Shown: positions 40,855 to 49,923 of the stretch, piece after piece
Position numbering within the stretch: the first letter of the stretch is position 1
Layout: each line of letters opens with the position of its first letter
Notes under the pieces: model-generated
What the model was told of the DNA's origin: nothing
Seen by the model: only the letters and a program-made list of their open reading frames with translations
Databases searched by the model: none
NCBI GenBank assembly: GCA_964291495.2
Contig: OZ219872.1
Location: 128,001-192,000, forward strand
Source: Dehalococcoidia bacterium
GTDB lineage: Bacteria > Chloroflexota > Dehalococcoidia > UBA2979
Direction of reading: 5' to 3'
DNA length: 64,000 nucleotides
Translations under genes and position numbers: made by a program

Positions 40855-41106
40855 GTGAGCGTTCGCGGCTACATCCTCGTCGAGACCGAGGTGGGGAGGA
40901 CACAGGCAGTCGGGCGCGCCATGCGCGACCTCGTCTCCGAGCTCGCCACCGTTACCGCCGTCGATACCGTCACCGGCCCCTACGACGTCATCGTCCAGCT
41001 CGACGCCGAGGACCTCGACCAGCTCGGCAAGTGCATCACCGAGGAGCTCCAGGCCGTCGCCGGCGTGCAACGGACTACTACCTGCCTCGCAGTCTCGCTG
41101 GGCTGA
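40855..41106 (+). CDS. Lrp/AsnC ligand-binding domain protein
   Basis: GYILVETEVG..VTGPYDVI..GVQRTTTCL; AAGGAG + GTG. Confidence 0.88.
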   Translation: MSVRGYILVETEVGRTQAVGRAMRDLVSELATVTAVDTVTGPYDVIVQLDAEDLDQLGKCITEELQAVAGVQRTTTCLAVSLG

Positions 41107-41130
41107 CCGCCGGGTAACTGCGCGCGGATC

Positions 41131-41326
41131 CCCCTCACCCTCGCCCTCTCCCGCCGGGGGAGAGGGGATCGGACCGGATCCTCCCTCACCCTCGCCCTCT
41201 CCCGCCCGGGGAGAGGGGACCGGACCGGATCCTCCCTCACCCTCGCCCTCTCCCTCGGGGAGAGGGGACCGGATGGGTGCCGCTGCCCGGGTCCCCTCAC
41301 CCTCGCCCTCTCCCCGGGGAGAGGGG
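41131..41326 (+). repeat. Cluster of four REP-like palindromes
   Basis: ccctcaccctcgccctctccc-N-gggagagggg at about 41132, 41183, 41234, 41294. Confidence 0.9.
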
Positions 41327-41401
41327 GCTGGAGGGGAGCCACTGCCCGATCCCCCTCGCGCGGCGCTGGCGCGTGAGCGCCGGCTGGCCGACGCTTGAGG
41401 C

Positions 41402-42310
41402 ATGACGCAGACCATCGCGCTGCTCGGGCATCCCGTCGCCCACTCGATCTCGCCGGCCTTCCAGCAGGCCGCCCTCAACGCGCTCGGCGTCGAGGCGCGC
41501 TACGAGGCCTGGGACACGCCCCCTGAGGACGTGCCGGACGCCCTCGAGCGGCTGCGCGACCCCGCCGTGCTCGGCGCGAACGTCACCGTCCCCCACAAGC
41601 TCGAGGCGCTGCGGCTCGCCGACTCCGCCGACGCCGTCGCGCGGCGCATCGGCGCGGCTAACACGCTCATCCGCCGCGAGGACGGCGCGCTGCACGCGAC
41701 CAACACCGACGTCGCCGGGGTGCAGCGCGCCCTCGCCGACGCGGCGGTCGCCCTCGAGGGCGTCGAGGCGGTGCTGCTCGGCGCGGGCGGCGCGGCCCGC
41801 GCGGTCGTCGCGGCGCTGCGCGCGGGCGCCGCGCGCTCGCTCACCGTCGCCAACCGCACGCCGGCGCGCGCCGAGGCGCTGCACGAGGTCGCCGAGGAGG
41901 GCGAGGCGCCGCCTCTCGAGCTGCGCGTCTGCCCGCTGGACGTGGACGCGGGGCCGCTGCGCGCGGCGCTGGAACGGGCAGGGCTGGTGATACACTCGAC
42001 CTCGCTGGGGATGCGCCACGGGCCGGACGAGGCGGCGACACCCCTGCCGGCGGAGTGCTTCCAGCCGGGGCAGGCCGCCTTCGACCTGGTCTACACACCC
42101 GAGCGCACGCCGTTCCTGCACGCCGCCGGAGCCGCGGGCGCCCGGCCGATCGGCGGGTTGGGCATGCTGGTCCACCAGGGCGCAGAGTCGTTCCGCCTCT
42201 GGACCGGCCTCGAGCCCCCGCTCGAGGTGATGTTCGAGGCCGCCCGCGCCGCACTGGCGGCCCAGCAGGGCGCGCCGCAGGGCCGCCTACTTCAGGAGCA
42301 GGCGCCGTGA
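41402..42310 (+). CDS. aroE: Shikimate dehydrogenase
   Basis: GHPVAHSISP, NVTVPHK, NTD, GAGGAARA, DLVYTP, MLVHQG. Confidence 0.95.
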   Translation: MTQTIALLGHPVAHSISPAFQQAALNALGVEARYEAWDTPPEDVPDALERLRDPAVLGANVTVPHKLEALRLADSADAVARRIGAANTLIRREDGALHATNTDVAGVQRALADAAVALEGVEAVLLGAGGAARAVVAALRAGAARSLTVANRTPARAEALHEVAEEGEAPPLELRVCPLDVDAGPLRAALERAGLVIHSTSLGMRHGPDEAATPLPAECFQPGQAAFDLVYTPERTPFLHAAGAAGARPIGGLGMLVHQGAESFRLWTGLEPPLEVMFEAARAALAAQQGAPQGRLLQEQAP

Positions 42311-42963
42311 TCGAGATCGGGATCATCCTGACGGTGCTGATCGGCGGCGCGGTCGGCTGGGTGATCGTCCAGTCCTTCTTCGGCCACCGCTACTGGCGGC
42401 GCGCGATCGCCGCGGGCGACGAGACGGCGATGCGCGCCGCGCTGATCGAGGCGCTCGACACCTGGCGACGGATGCGCCCCGACCGCGACGTGATTCCCTC
42501 GGACTGGCGCGCGCTGCAATCGGCCGGGATCGTCGCCGCCGACAGCACGCGCTGCCGCGTCTCGCTGCTCGCCGACCCCGACATCCGCGTCGTCGACGGC
42601 GTGCGCGACGAGGTCGGCGGCGCGATCCACGTCGCGCGCCGCTCCGCCGTGCTGATGGCCGAGCGCCTGCTCTACGAGATCCCGCTGATCCGCTTCGACG
42701 CCGTGCAGGTCGACGTCTACACCGAGTACCGCGGCCCCGAGGGCGTCACGGAGTCCGTCTGCCTGCTCACCACGCAGCTGACGCGCGAGCAAGGCGCGGA
42801 CACCTACTGGGACGAGCTCGGCTTCGAGGAGATCCTCGCGACCTGGCAGACGCGCGAGCGCCAGACCGACGCGCCGCTCGACCCCGAGGAGGGCGCGCTG
42901 ATCGCGCCGGAGGAGGACGCCCAACCGGCAGCAGCGCCGGCGAGCGTGGAGGGCGCATCGTGA
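42307..42963 (+). CDS. Hypothetical membrane-anchored protein
   Basis: GTG overlaps the aroE stop; N-terminal TM helix; stop overlaps the aroC start. Confidence 0.7.
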   Translation: MIEIGIILTVLIGGAVGWVIVQSFFGHRYWRRAIAAGDETAMRAALIEALDTWRRMRPDRDVIPSDWRALQSAGIVAADSTRCRVSLLADPDIRVVDGVRDEVGGAIHVARRSAVLMAERLLYEIPLIRFDAVQVDVYTEYRGPEGVTESVCLLTTQLTREQGADTYWDELGFEEILATWQTRERQTDAPLDPEEGALIAPEEDAQPAAAPASVEGAS

Positions 42964-44144
42964 GCCGCTTCCGCTTCCTCACCGCGGGCGAGTCGCACGG
43001 CAAGGCGCTGACCGTGATCATCGAGGGCGTCCCCGCCGGGCTGCGCATCGACGAGGAGATGATCGCGGTCGACCTCGGGCGCAGGCAGCGCGGCTACGGC
43101 CGCGGCAAGCGCCAGCAGATCGAGACCGACCGCGCAGAGATCACCTCTGGCGTGCGCCACGGCCGCACGATCGGATCGCCGATCGCGCTCTGGCTGCGCA
43201 ACAAGGACCACGACAACGCCAACTGGCGCGTGCGCATGGCCACCGAGGAGGTCGACCAGGAGGTCGAGCGCGTCACGCTGCTGCGGCCCGGCCACGCCGA
43301 CCTCGCCGGCACGCAGAAGTACCAGCTCGACGACGTGCGTCAGATCCTCGAGCGATCGAGCGCGCGCGAGACCGCGATGCGCGTCGCCGCCGGGGCGATC
43401 GCGCGCGCGCTGCTCGCCGAGCTCGGCGTCGCGGTGCACTCGCACACGATCGCGATCGGCGACGTCGAGGCCGCCCCGCCGGAGGGCGCGATCAACTGGG
43501 AGGCCGTCGAGGCCTCGCCGGTGCGGGTCGCCGACCGCGAGGCGGAGCCGCGCATGATCGCCGCGATCGACGCCGCGAAGGAGGCGCTCGACAGCCTCGG
43601 CGGCATCTTCGAGGTGCGCGCGGGCGGACTGCCGTTCGGCCTCGGGGCGCACGTGCAGTGGGACCGGCGGCTGGACGGGCGGATCGCGCAGGCGATCCTC
43701 GCGATCAACGCCGTCAAGGGCGTCGAGATCGGGCCCGCCTTCGACAACACGCGGAAGCCCGGCTCCGAGGTCCATGACCAGCTGCTGCCCGCCTCGCAGT
43801 GGAGCGAGCGGCCCTGGGAGCGGCGCACCAACCGCGCGGGCGGCCTCGAGGCGGGCATGACCAACGGCGAGGAGTTGATCGTGCGCGGCGCGCTCAAGCC
43901 GATCGCCACCCTCGCCCGCCGCCTGCCCACCGCCGACCTGCTGACCGGCGAGGAGGCCCAGGCCTTCTTCGAGCGCGCCGACACCTGCGTGGTGCCCGCG
44001 GCGGGCGTGATCGGCGAGGCGATGGTCCTGGTGACGCTGGCCGACGCCGCCCTCGAGAAGTTCGGCGGCGACCACATCGACGAGTTCCTGCGCAACCATG
44101 AGGCCTTCCAGGCGACGGTCGGCCCGCGCGAGCCCGAAGCATGA
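42960..44144 (+). CDS. aroC: Chorismate synthase
   Basis: TAGESHG, RPGHAD, ERSSARETA, NRAGGLEAGMTNG. Confidence 0.97.
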   Translation: MSRFRFLTAGESHGKALTVIIEGVPAGLRIDEEMIAVDLGRRQRGYGRGKRQQIETDRAEITSGVRHGRTIGSPIALWLRNKDHDNANWRVRMATEEVDQEVERVTLLRPGHADLAGTQKYQLDDVRQILERSSARETAMRVAAGAIARALLAELGVAVHSHTIAIGDVEAAPPEGAINWEAVEASPVRVADREAEPRMIAAIDAAKEALDSLGGIFEVRAGGLPFGLGAHVQWDRRLDGRIAQAILAINAVKGVEIGPAFDNTRKPGSEVHDQLLPASQWSERPWERRTNRAGGLEAGMTNGEELIVRGALKPIATLARRLPTADLLTGEEAQAFFERADTCVVPAAGVIGEAMVLVTLADAALEKFGGDHIDEFLRNHEAFQATVGPREPEA

Positions 44145-45826
44145 GCGCGGACATGCCGATGCAGCAGATCGTGCTGATCGGCCTTAGCGGCGTCGGCAAA
44201 TCCTCGGTGGGCGCGATCCTCGCCGAGCGCCTCGGCTGGCCGCTGATCGACACCGACGACCTCGTGACGGAGCTGGAGGGCGAGTCGCCGGCGGAGCTGA
44301 TCACCACCCGTGGCGAGCCGGCCTTCCGCAAGATCGAGGAGCGCGTCGTGGCCGAGGCCGCGCGGCGCACGCCGGCGGTGATCTCGCTCGGCGGCGGCGC
44401 CTTCCTCAGCCCCCGCTCGCGGCGCGCCCTCGGGGAGCGCGGGCTGATCTGCTGGCTCGACGCCGCGCCCGCGGAGATTGCGCGCCGCCTGCGCGAGGCA
44501 CCCGACTCCACGGAGCGCCCGCTGCTGGGCGAGGACCTCGAGGGCCGCTTGCAGCAGCTGAGCGACGAGCGGCGCATCCACTACAGCCAGGCCGACCTCT
44601 GGACGCCCGCGCAGGGCCTCACGCCGGAGGACGTGGCGGACCGCATCCTGCAGGCCTGGTCGGGCGGGGCGGACGTGCCCGCCGGCGGACCGCGCCGCCT
44701 CGAGCGCCTCGGCAGCGCCCAGCCCGCCGCCGGCCCAGCCGCAATCGTCGACACGGGCGGCGAGCGTTACCCGATCTGGGTCGGCGCCGGCGAGCTGATG
44801 CGTCTGCCGGAGCGGCTGCGCCTGCTCGGCCTCGAGGGCTCCGTCTACGTGATCGCCGACGAGTCGGTGATGGAGGCGCACGGCGAGCTGCTCGTCGACG
44901 CGCTCGACAGCGGCGGCTTCCGCGGCGCCTCCTACGTCGTCCCGCCGGGCGAGACCTCGAAGAGCCTGCGCGCCGCCGAGGAGATCTACGGCTGGCTCGC
45001 GCAGTCGCGCGCCGAGCGTCGCGACACGGTGCTCGCCTTCGGCGGCGGAGTGGTCGGCGACCTCGCCGGCTACGTCGCGGCCACCTACCTGCGCGGGATG
45101 CCGTTCGTGCAGGTGCCGACCTCGGTGCTGGCGATGAACGACGCGGCGATCGGCGGCAAGGTCGCCGTCGACCTGACCGGCGGCAAGAACCTCGTCGGCG
45201 CCTTCCACCAGCCGCGCGCCGTGCTCTCCGACATCGACCTGCTGCGCACGCTGCCGCGCCGCGCCTTCACCGAGGGCCTGGCCGAGGTGGTGAAGCACGC
45301 GCTGATCCTCGACCCGCTGCTGCTCGGCGAGATCGAGCGGCACGCCGGCGACCTCGGCGGTCCGGCGCCGGACCAGGAGCTGCTGACGCACGTGATCGCG
45401 CGATCCTCGCGGCTCAAGGCGCTGATCGTCTCCGCCGACCCGAAGGAGCGCGGGCTGCGCGCGATCCTCAACTACGGACACACCATCGGCCACGCCATCG
45501 AGGCGGTGACCGGCTACGAGGATTACCTGCACGGCGAGGCGGTCTCCGTCGGGATGATGGGTGCGGCCCGCATCGCCGAGCGCATGGGCATCCTCGACAA
45601 CGAGGTCGTCGCCCGCCAGGCGGACGTGCTGCGCACGCTCGGCCTGCCGCTCGCCGCGCCGGGAGTGAACGCCGAGGCGGTGATGGAGACGATGCTCCTC
45701 GACAAGAAGGTCGAGGCCGGACGGCTGCGCTTCGTGCTGCTCGAGGAGATCGGGCGTCCGATCGTGCACGGCGACGTGCCGGGCGAGATCGTGCGCGACG
45801 TCGTGCGCACGCTCACCGCCGGATAG
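44141..45826 (+). CDS. aroB: Shikimate kinase / 3-dehydroquinate synthase fusion (AroK-AroB)
   Basis: GLSGVGKS, DTD, GGG, RPLL, then GGGVVGDLAG, GGK, KNLVGAF, LNYGHTIGHA, HGEAV. Confidence 0.93.
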   Translation: MSADMPMQQIVLIGLSGVGKSSVGAILAERLGWPLIDTDDLVTELEGESPAELITTRGEPAFRKIEERVVAEAARRTPAVISLGGGAFLSPRSRRALGERGLICWLDAAPAEIARRLREAPDSTERPLLGEDLEGRLQQLSDERRIHYSQADLWTPAQGLTPEDVADRILQAWSGGADVPAGGPRRLERLGSAQPAAGPAAIVDTGGERYPIWVGAGELMRLPERLRLLGLEGSVYVIADESVMEAHGELLVDALDSGGFRGASYVVPPGETSKSLRAAEEIYGWLAQSRAERRDTVLAFGGGVVGDLAGYVAATYLRGMPFVQVPTSVLAMNDAAIGGKVAVDLTGGKNLVGAFHQPRAVLSDIDLLRTLPRRAFTEGLAEVVKHALILDPLLLGEIERHAGDLGGPAPDQELLTHVIARSSRLKALIVSADPKERGLRAILNYGHTIGHAIEAVTGYEDYLHGEAVSVGMMGAARIAERMGILDNEVVARQADVLRTLGLPLAAPGVNAEAVMETMLLDKKVEAGRLRFVLLEEIGRPIVHGDVPGEIVRDVVRTLTAG

Positions 45827-45836
45827 GCCGGACCAC

Positions 45837-46166
45837 GTGGTCCTGGGCAACGGTGCGGAGGAGAGCGGCGTCCTCGCCGACCCGCGCCGTCCTCGCCGCC
45901 TCGTCGCGAAGGCCGTCGGGCGCGTCCAGGGCGTCGGCTACCGCGCCTTCTGCGCCGACGAGGCGCTGCGCCTGCACGTCGACGGCTACGCCCGCAACCT
46001 GCCCGACGGCCGCAGCGTCGAGGTCCAGGCCGAGGCGGACGAGCCGACGCTGCGCCGCTTCATCGAGCGCCTGCGCGAGGGCCCGCGCATGGCCGTCGTG
46101 CATGACGTCGAGTACCGCTGGGAAGAGGCCACCGGCGAGTTCAGCGGCTTCGAAGCGGTGATCTAG
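45837..46166 (+). CDS. acyP: Acylphosphatase
   Basis: GRVQGVGYR, GYARNLPDG. Confidence 0.9.
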   Translation: MVLGNGAEESGVLADPRRPRRLVAKAVGRVQGVGYRAFCADEALRLHVDGYARNLPDGRSVEVQAEADEPTLRRFIERLREGPRMAVVHDVEYRWEEATGEFSGFEAVI

Positions 46167-46215
46167 CGCGGACGGTACGGCGAGGGCAGTCGCCGAGGTC
46201 CGACAGGCTCGCCGG

Positions 46216-46455
46216 TTACCCCGGGCGGGCTTCGCGAACCCGGTCGCGCAGCTGGTCGAAGTACGCCGCATCGGCGGTCACCGCCGGCGGCGACGCCGCA
46301 CCCTCGAGGAGCAGGCCGCGCAGGGCCTGGCGATCCTGATCCTTGCGGATCAGCTCGCGCACGTACTCGCTCGACGAGCTGTAGCCCCGCGATCGGACCT
46401 GCTGGTCGACAAAGCCCTTGAGGCCCTCAGGCAGCGAGATGTTCATCGTGCTCAT
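46216..46455 (-). CDS. ParD-like RHH antitoxin
   Basis: MNISLPE.LK.FVD.QV..RGY..SSEYVRELIR. Confidence 0.85.
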   Translation of the reverse strand: MSTMNISLPEGLKGFVDQQVRSRGYSSSSEYVRELIRKDQDRQALRGLLLEGAASPPAVTADAAYFDQLRDRVREARPG

Positions 46456-46468
46456 GCTGCAAAGGCTA

Positions 46469-46497
46469 GCCTGCTTGGCAAGGTTTGCCAAGCAGGC
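46469..46497. promoter_or_regulatory. 13-bp inverted repeat upstream of the antitoxin (operator or terminator)
   Basis: gcctgcttggcaa-ggt-ttgccaagcaggc. Confidence 0.55.
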
Positions 46498-46514
46498 CCG
46501 CCGCCACGGCGCCG

Positions 46515-47054
46515 CTACCGCCGCAGCCGCCCTCGCAGCCTCGCGAGCAGCCCGCCGCGGTCCGGCGCACGCTCACCGCGCAGCAGCCGCGCCTCGACCA
46601 GCGCCGCGAGCTCCGCGACCGCCTCGGCGCCGCGCGCCGTGAAGTCGCGCTCGAGGCGTTCCGCCTCGACCGAGGCGAGCAGATCGTCCGGCGCGACTGC
46701 CTCCGCCGTGTTCGCTGGGGCGGCGGTCAACTCGACCGCCGCGACGCCCGGCTCCTCGTAGTCCTCGGCGATCACGAGGTCGGCGCGCGGGTCGAGCGAG
46801 GCGACGAAGGCGGCGAGCGGGGCGGCTCGATCGAGGGGCGCGCTGCCGGGTGCGGGCGTGACGCGGCCCCCGCTTGGGAGCGTCACCGTGGCGCGGCCGT
46901 CGGCGAGCAGCTCGGCCGTCGCGCTGCGCAGGCCGCGCGCGCGCAGCGCCTCGACGAGGGCGATCACGAGCAGGTTGCGCGCCGGGATCTGCGGGCCAAC
47001 GACGCGCAGCACGGGGGGCCCGCCGTCGCGCGATGGCGGAGGATCGGCCGTCAT
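46515..47054 (-). CDS. Divergent MobB-like protein
   Basis: Coupled to moeA; PVLRVVG..LI..L..L..RGLR..DLVIAE layout with a degenerate P-loop. Confidence 0.5.
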   Translation of the reverse strand: MTADPPPSRDGGPPVLRVVGPQIPARNLLVIALVEALRARGLRSATAELLADGRATVTLPSGGRVTPAPGSAPLDRAAPLAAFVASLDPRADLVIAEDYEEPGVAAVELTAAPANTAEAVAPDDLLASVEAERLERDFTARGAEAVAELAALVEARLLRGERAPDRGGLLARLRGRLRR

Positions 47055-48361
47055 CGCTCCGGGACGCGGTCGATCAGCAGCACCTCGACCTCGTCGCCCG
47101 GCTCCACCGGCGGCGCGTCCTCCGGCACGACGGCGATGCCGTTGGCGAGGGCGAACGAGGTGAGCACCCCGGAGCCTTGCGGGCCGGTCAGGCGCGCGTG
47201 GTAGCGGCCGTCGCGCCGCTCGACGATGGCGCGGGCGTAGAAGCGGCGCTCGTCCGGCCGGGCGATGCGCTCCCCAGCGATCGCGCGCACGCGAGGGCGC
47301 TCCCAGGCTTGCGGCTTGCCGAGCATGGTGAACACGGCGGGACGGCCGAACAGCTCGAAGGTCATCATCGCGGAGACGGGGTTGCCCGGCAGGCCGAGGT
47401 GCGGCACGACGCGCTCGCCCTCGCCCGCGCTGAAGGTTCCGAAGGCGAGCGGCTTGCCGGGCCGCATCCGCACCGTCCAGAAGCCGACCTCGCCCTCGCG
47501 GGCCAGCACCTCCTTGACCACGTCGAAGTCGCCGCGCGAGACGCCCGCCGAGGTCACCAGCAGGTCCGCGTCCGCGACGCCCTCGCGGACGCGGGCGGTC
47601 AGCGCCTCGACGCTGTCACCGGCAATGTCCAGCACCAGCGGCTCGGCCCCCATCTCGCGCACCATCGAGGCGAGCGAGAAGCCGTTGGAGTCGTAGATCG
47701 CGCCGGGCCGCAGCGGCTCCCCCGGCCGCAGCAGCTCGTCGCCGGTCGAGAGGACGGCGACGCGCGGACGGCGGATCACCGTGACGTGCTCGAGGCCGAG
47801 CGAGGCGAGCACGCCGATCTGCGCCGGGCCGAGGATCGTCCCGGCCAGCAGCACCAGCTCTCCCGCCCGCACGTCCTCGCCGGCCGGGCGCACGTTGGCG
47901 CCGGGCGCGGCGGCGACGTCGATCCGGACGTCGGCGCGGGGGTCGTCCTCCCAGCGGGTGGACTGCTCCTCCTCGTCGGTTTCCTCGAACGGGACGATCG
48001 CGTCGGCGCCGTCGGGGAGCGGCGCACCGGTCATGATCCGCACGGCCTCGCCGGGGCCGACCAGGCCCTTGTAGACCGACCCCGCCGCGAGGTAGCCGGT
48101 GACGCGCAGCCGGCGCGGGCTGGCCGGCGCGGCGCCCGTGGTGTCCGCGGAGCGGACCGCGTACCCGTCCATCGAGGTATTCGCGAGCGGCGGGATGTCG
48201 AAGCCGCCCCGCACGTCCTCAGCCAGCACCTGGCCGAGCGTCTCGAGCAGCGGCGCGGCGACCGCCTCGAGGGGCGCGAAGTGCGCGAGGATCCGCGCGC
48301 GGGCCTCCTCCACGGAGATCATGTCGGCGGGCAGGACGTGGCGGTGCTCGGGCTCGCTCAT
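47051..48361 (-). CDS. moeA: Molybdopterin molybdotransferase
   Basis: SMDGYAV, IMTGAPLP, STGDEL, GVSRGDFD, PGKP, LPGNPVS. Confidence 0.96.
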   Translation of the reverse strand: MSEPEHRHVLPADMISVEEARARILAHFAPLEAVAAPLLETLGQVLAEDVRGGFDIPPLANTSMDGYAVRSADTTGAAPASPRRLRVTGYLAAGSVYKGLVGPGEAVRIMTGAPLPDGADAIVPFEETDEEEQSTRWEDDPRADVRIDVAAAPGANVRPAGEDVRAGELVLLAGTILGPAQIGVLASLGLEHVTVIRRPRVAVLSTGDELLRPGEPLRPGAIYDSNGFSLASMVREMGAEPLVLDIAGDSVEALTARVREGVADADLLVTSAGVSRGDFDVVKEVLAREGEVGFWTVRMRPGKPLAFGTFSAGEGERVVPHLGLPGNPVSAMMTFELFGRPAVFTMLGKPQAWERPRVRAIAGERIARPDERRFYARAIVERRDGRYHARLTGPQGSGVLTSFALANGIAVVPEDAPPVEPGDEVEVLLIDRVPER

Positions 48362-48400
48362 GCCTCGATCATACGGCCTCGCCGCACATCGGCGGCGGCG

Positions 48401-49501
48401 CTATTGCCCGACGTACTCGGCCACGTTCTCGTTGTGCTCGGCGAGCGTCTCGGCGAAGGCGTGCGAGCCGTCGCCGCGCGCCACGAAGTAGAAGTAGTCC
48501 GTATCCGCGGGGCTCAGCACCGCCTCGATGGCGGCCAGGCCCGGACTGGCGATCGGCCCGGGCGGCAGACCCGCCACGAGGTACGTGTTGTACGGCGACT
48601 GGAAGGCGAGATCGTCGAGCGTCAGGCCGACCTTCCACCAGCCATCCCGCGGCTCCCCGCTGCTCTGCGTCGTGATCGCGTACTGCACGGTCGGGTCGGC
48701 GTAGAGACTGACGCCCGCCTCGAGGCGGTTGAGGTAGACGGAGGCGACGATCGGCATCTCCTCGCGCAGCAGCGTCTCGCGTTCGACGATCGAGGCGAGC
48801 GTGAGCACCTCGTGCAGCGTGAACTGGGAGAGCGCGATGCGACCGCGCAGCACCTGGTCGAGCGCCTCGTCGAGGGCCTCCAGCATCGCCGCGACGAGGC
48901 TCTCGGCCGTGGTCTCCTCGTCGATCGGGTACGTCGCCGGGAACAGGTAGCCGTTGAGCGTGGCTCCGGACGGGCGGCCTCGAAGGATCGCCTCCGTGCG
49001 CGGCCCGCCGACCGCGAGGTCCCACTCCTCCTGCGTCGCCAGCTCGAGGGCGACGACCGCCTGGCCGATCTCCTCGACGCGCATTCCCTCGTGCACCACG
49101 AAGAAGCGCTCGCGCGGGACGCCCTCGCGCAACTGGCGGATGATCTCGGCCGCCGGGGTGTTCGGGGCGAAGCTGTAGACGTCGGCTCGCAGCTCGGCGC
49201 CGACGCCGATCAACTGCACGAGCGTGCGGAAGCGTTCCTCGCTCTGGAGGACACCGCTCAGCACGAGGCGTGTCGCGATCACGTCGACGCCGTCGCCGGG
49301 CTCGACGGTCACGGTGATCGGTTCGGCCTCGTCGCTGCGGGGGCCCGGCGAGTCCGGGGGAGGCGGGACGCCCGCCGTCATCGCGTCGACCGTGCGCGAC
49401 TGCGTATCGGCCAGCGTGGCGGCGAGCACGGAGATCACGAGGGCGACCCAGACCAGCGACAACACGCCCGCGATCAGGATCGGGTCGAATCTACGGATCA
49501 C
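48401..49501 (-). CDS. mltG: Endolytic transglycosylase MltG (YceG)
   Basis: N-terminal TM; GYLFPATY, LASIVERE, DPTVQY, SPYNTY..GLPPGPI. Confidence 0.93.
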   Translation of the reverse strand: MIRRFDPILIAGVLSLVWVALVISVLAATLADTQSRTVDAMTAGVPPPPDSPGPRSDEAEPITVTVEPGDGVDVIATRLVLSGVLQSEERFRTLVQLIGVGAELRADVYSFAPNTPAAEIIRQLREGVPRERFFVVHEGMRVEEIGQAVVALELATQEEWDLAVGGPRTEAILRGRPSGATLNGYLFPATYPIDEETTAESLVAAMLEALDEALDQVLRGRIALSQFTLHEVLTLASIVERETLLREEMPIVASVYLNRLEAGVSLYADPTVQYAITTQSSGEPRDGWWKVGLTLDDLAFQSPYNTYLVAGLPPGPIASPGLAAIEAVLSPADTDYFYFVARGDGSHAFAETLAEHNENVAEYVGQ

Positions 49502-49910
49502 CGGCGTCGTCCATCCGTGCGCCCTCGCGCAGTCGCCGCCGTCGATCGATGAACTGCTGCAGCAGCAACGCGGCGGCGAGGTCGTCGCTCGCGCGTCGCG
49601 ATGGCGCCGACCGCTCGGCGGCCACCGAGGTCAGGCGTTCGTCTTCGTACTCGACGGGCAGGTCGAGGCGGCGGCGCAGGCGCTCGCCGAGGGCGCGGGC
49701 CGCGGCGGCGGCGGCGCCCTCCTCGCCGCCGAGCAGGCGGGGCAGGCCCACGACGATGCCGCCGACCTCCTCGCGCCGGGCGATGCTGCGAATCGCCGGG
49801 AAGGCGGCGGCGGCGGGCACGACCTCGATCGGCACGGCGACGCGCTCGTCGGGGTCGCACGCGGCGATGCCGATGCGCGCCTCGCCCGGGTCGATGCCCA
49901 GCCACCTCAT
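49491..49910 (-). CDS. ruvX: YqgF/RuvX RNase H-fold nuclease
   Basis: LGIDPGEARIGIA, VVGLP, DERLTS, DLAAALLLQ. Confidence 0.92.
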   Translation of the reverse strand: MRWLGIDPGEARIGIAACDPDERVAVPIEVVPAAAAFPAIRSIARREEVGGIVVGLPRLLGGEEGAAAAAARALGERLRRRLDLPVEYEDERLTSVAAERSAPSRRASDDLAAALLLQQFIDRRRRLREGARMDDAGDP

Positions 49911-49923
49911 CGCGGGCGTCCCA

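Noticed and set aside
41131-41326. CRISPR array
   Set aside because: Spacers are short and near-identical, the repeats have variable internal loops, and there are no cas genes
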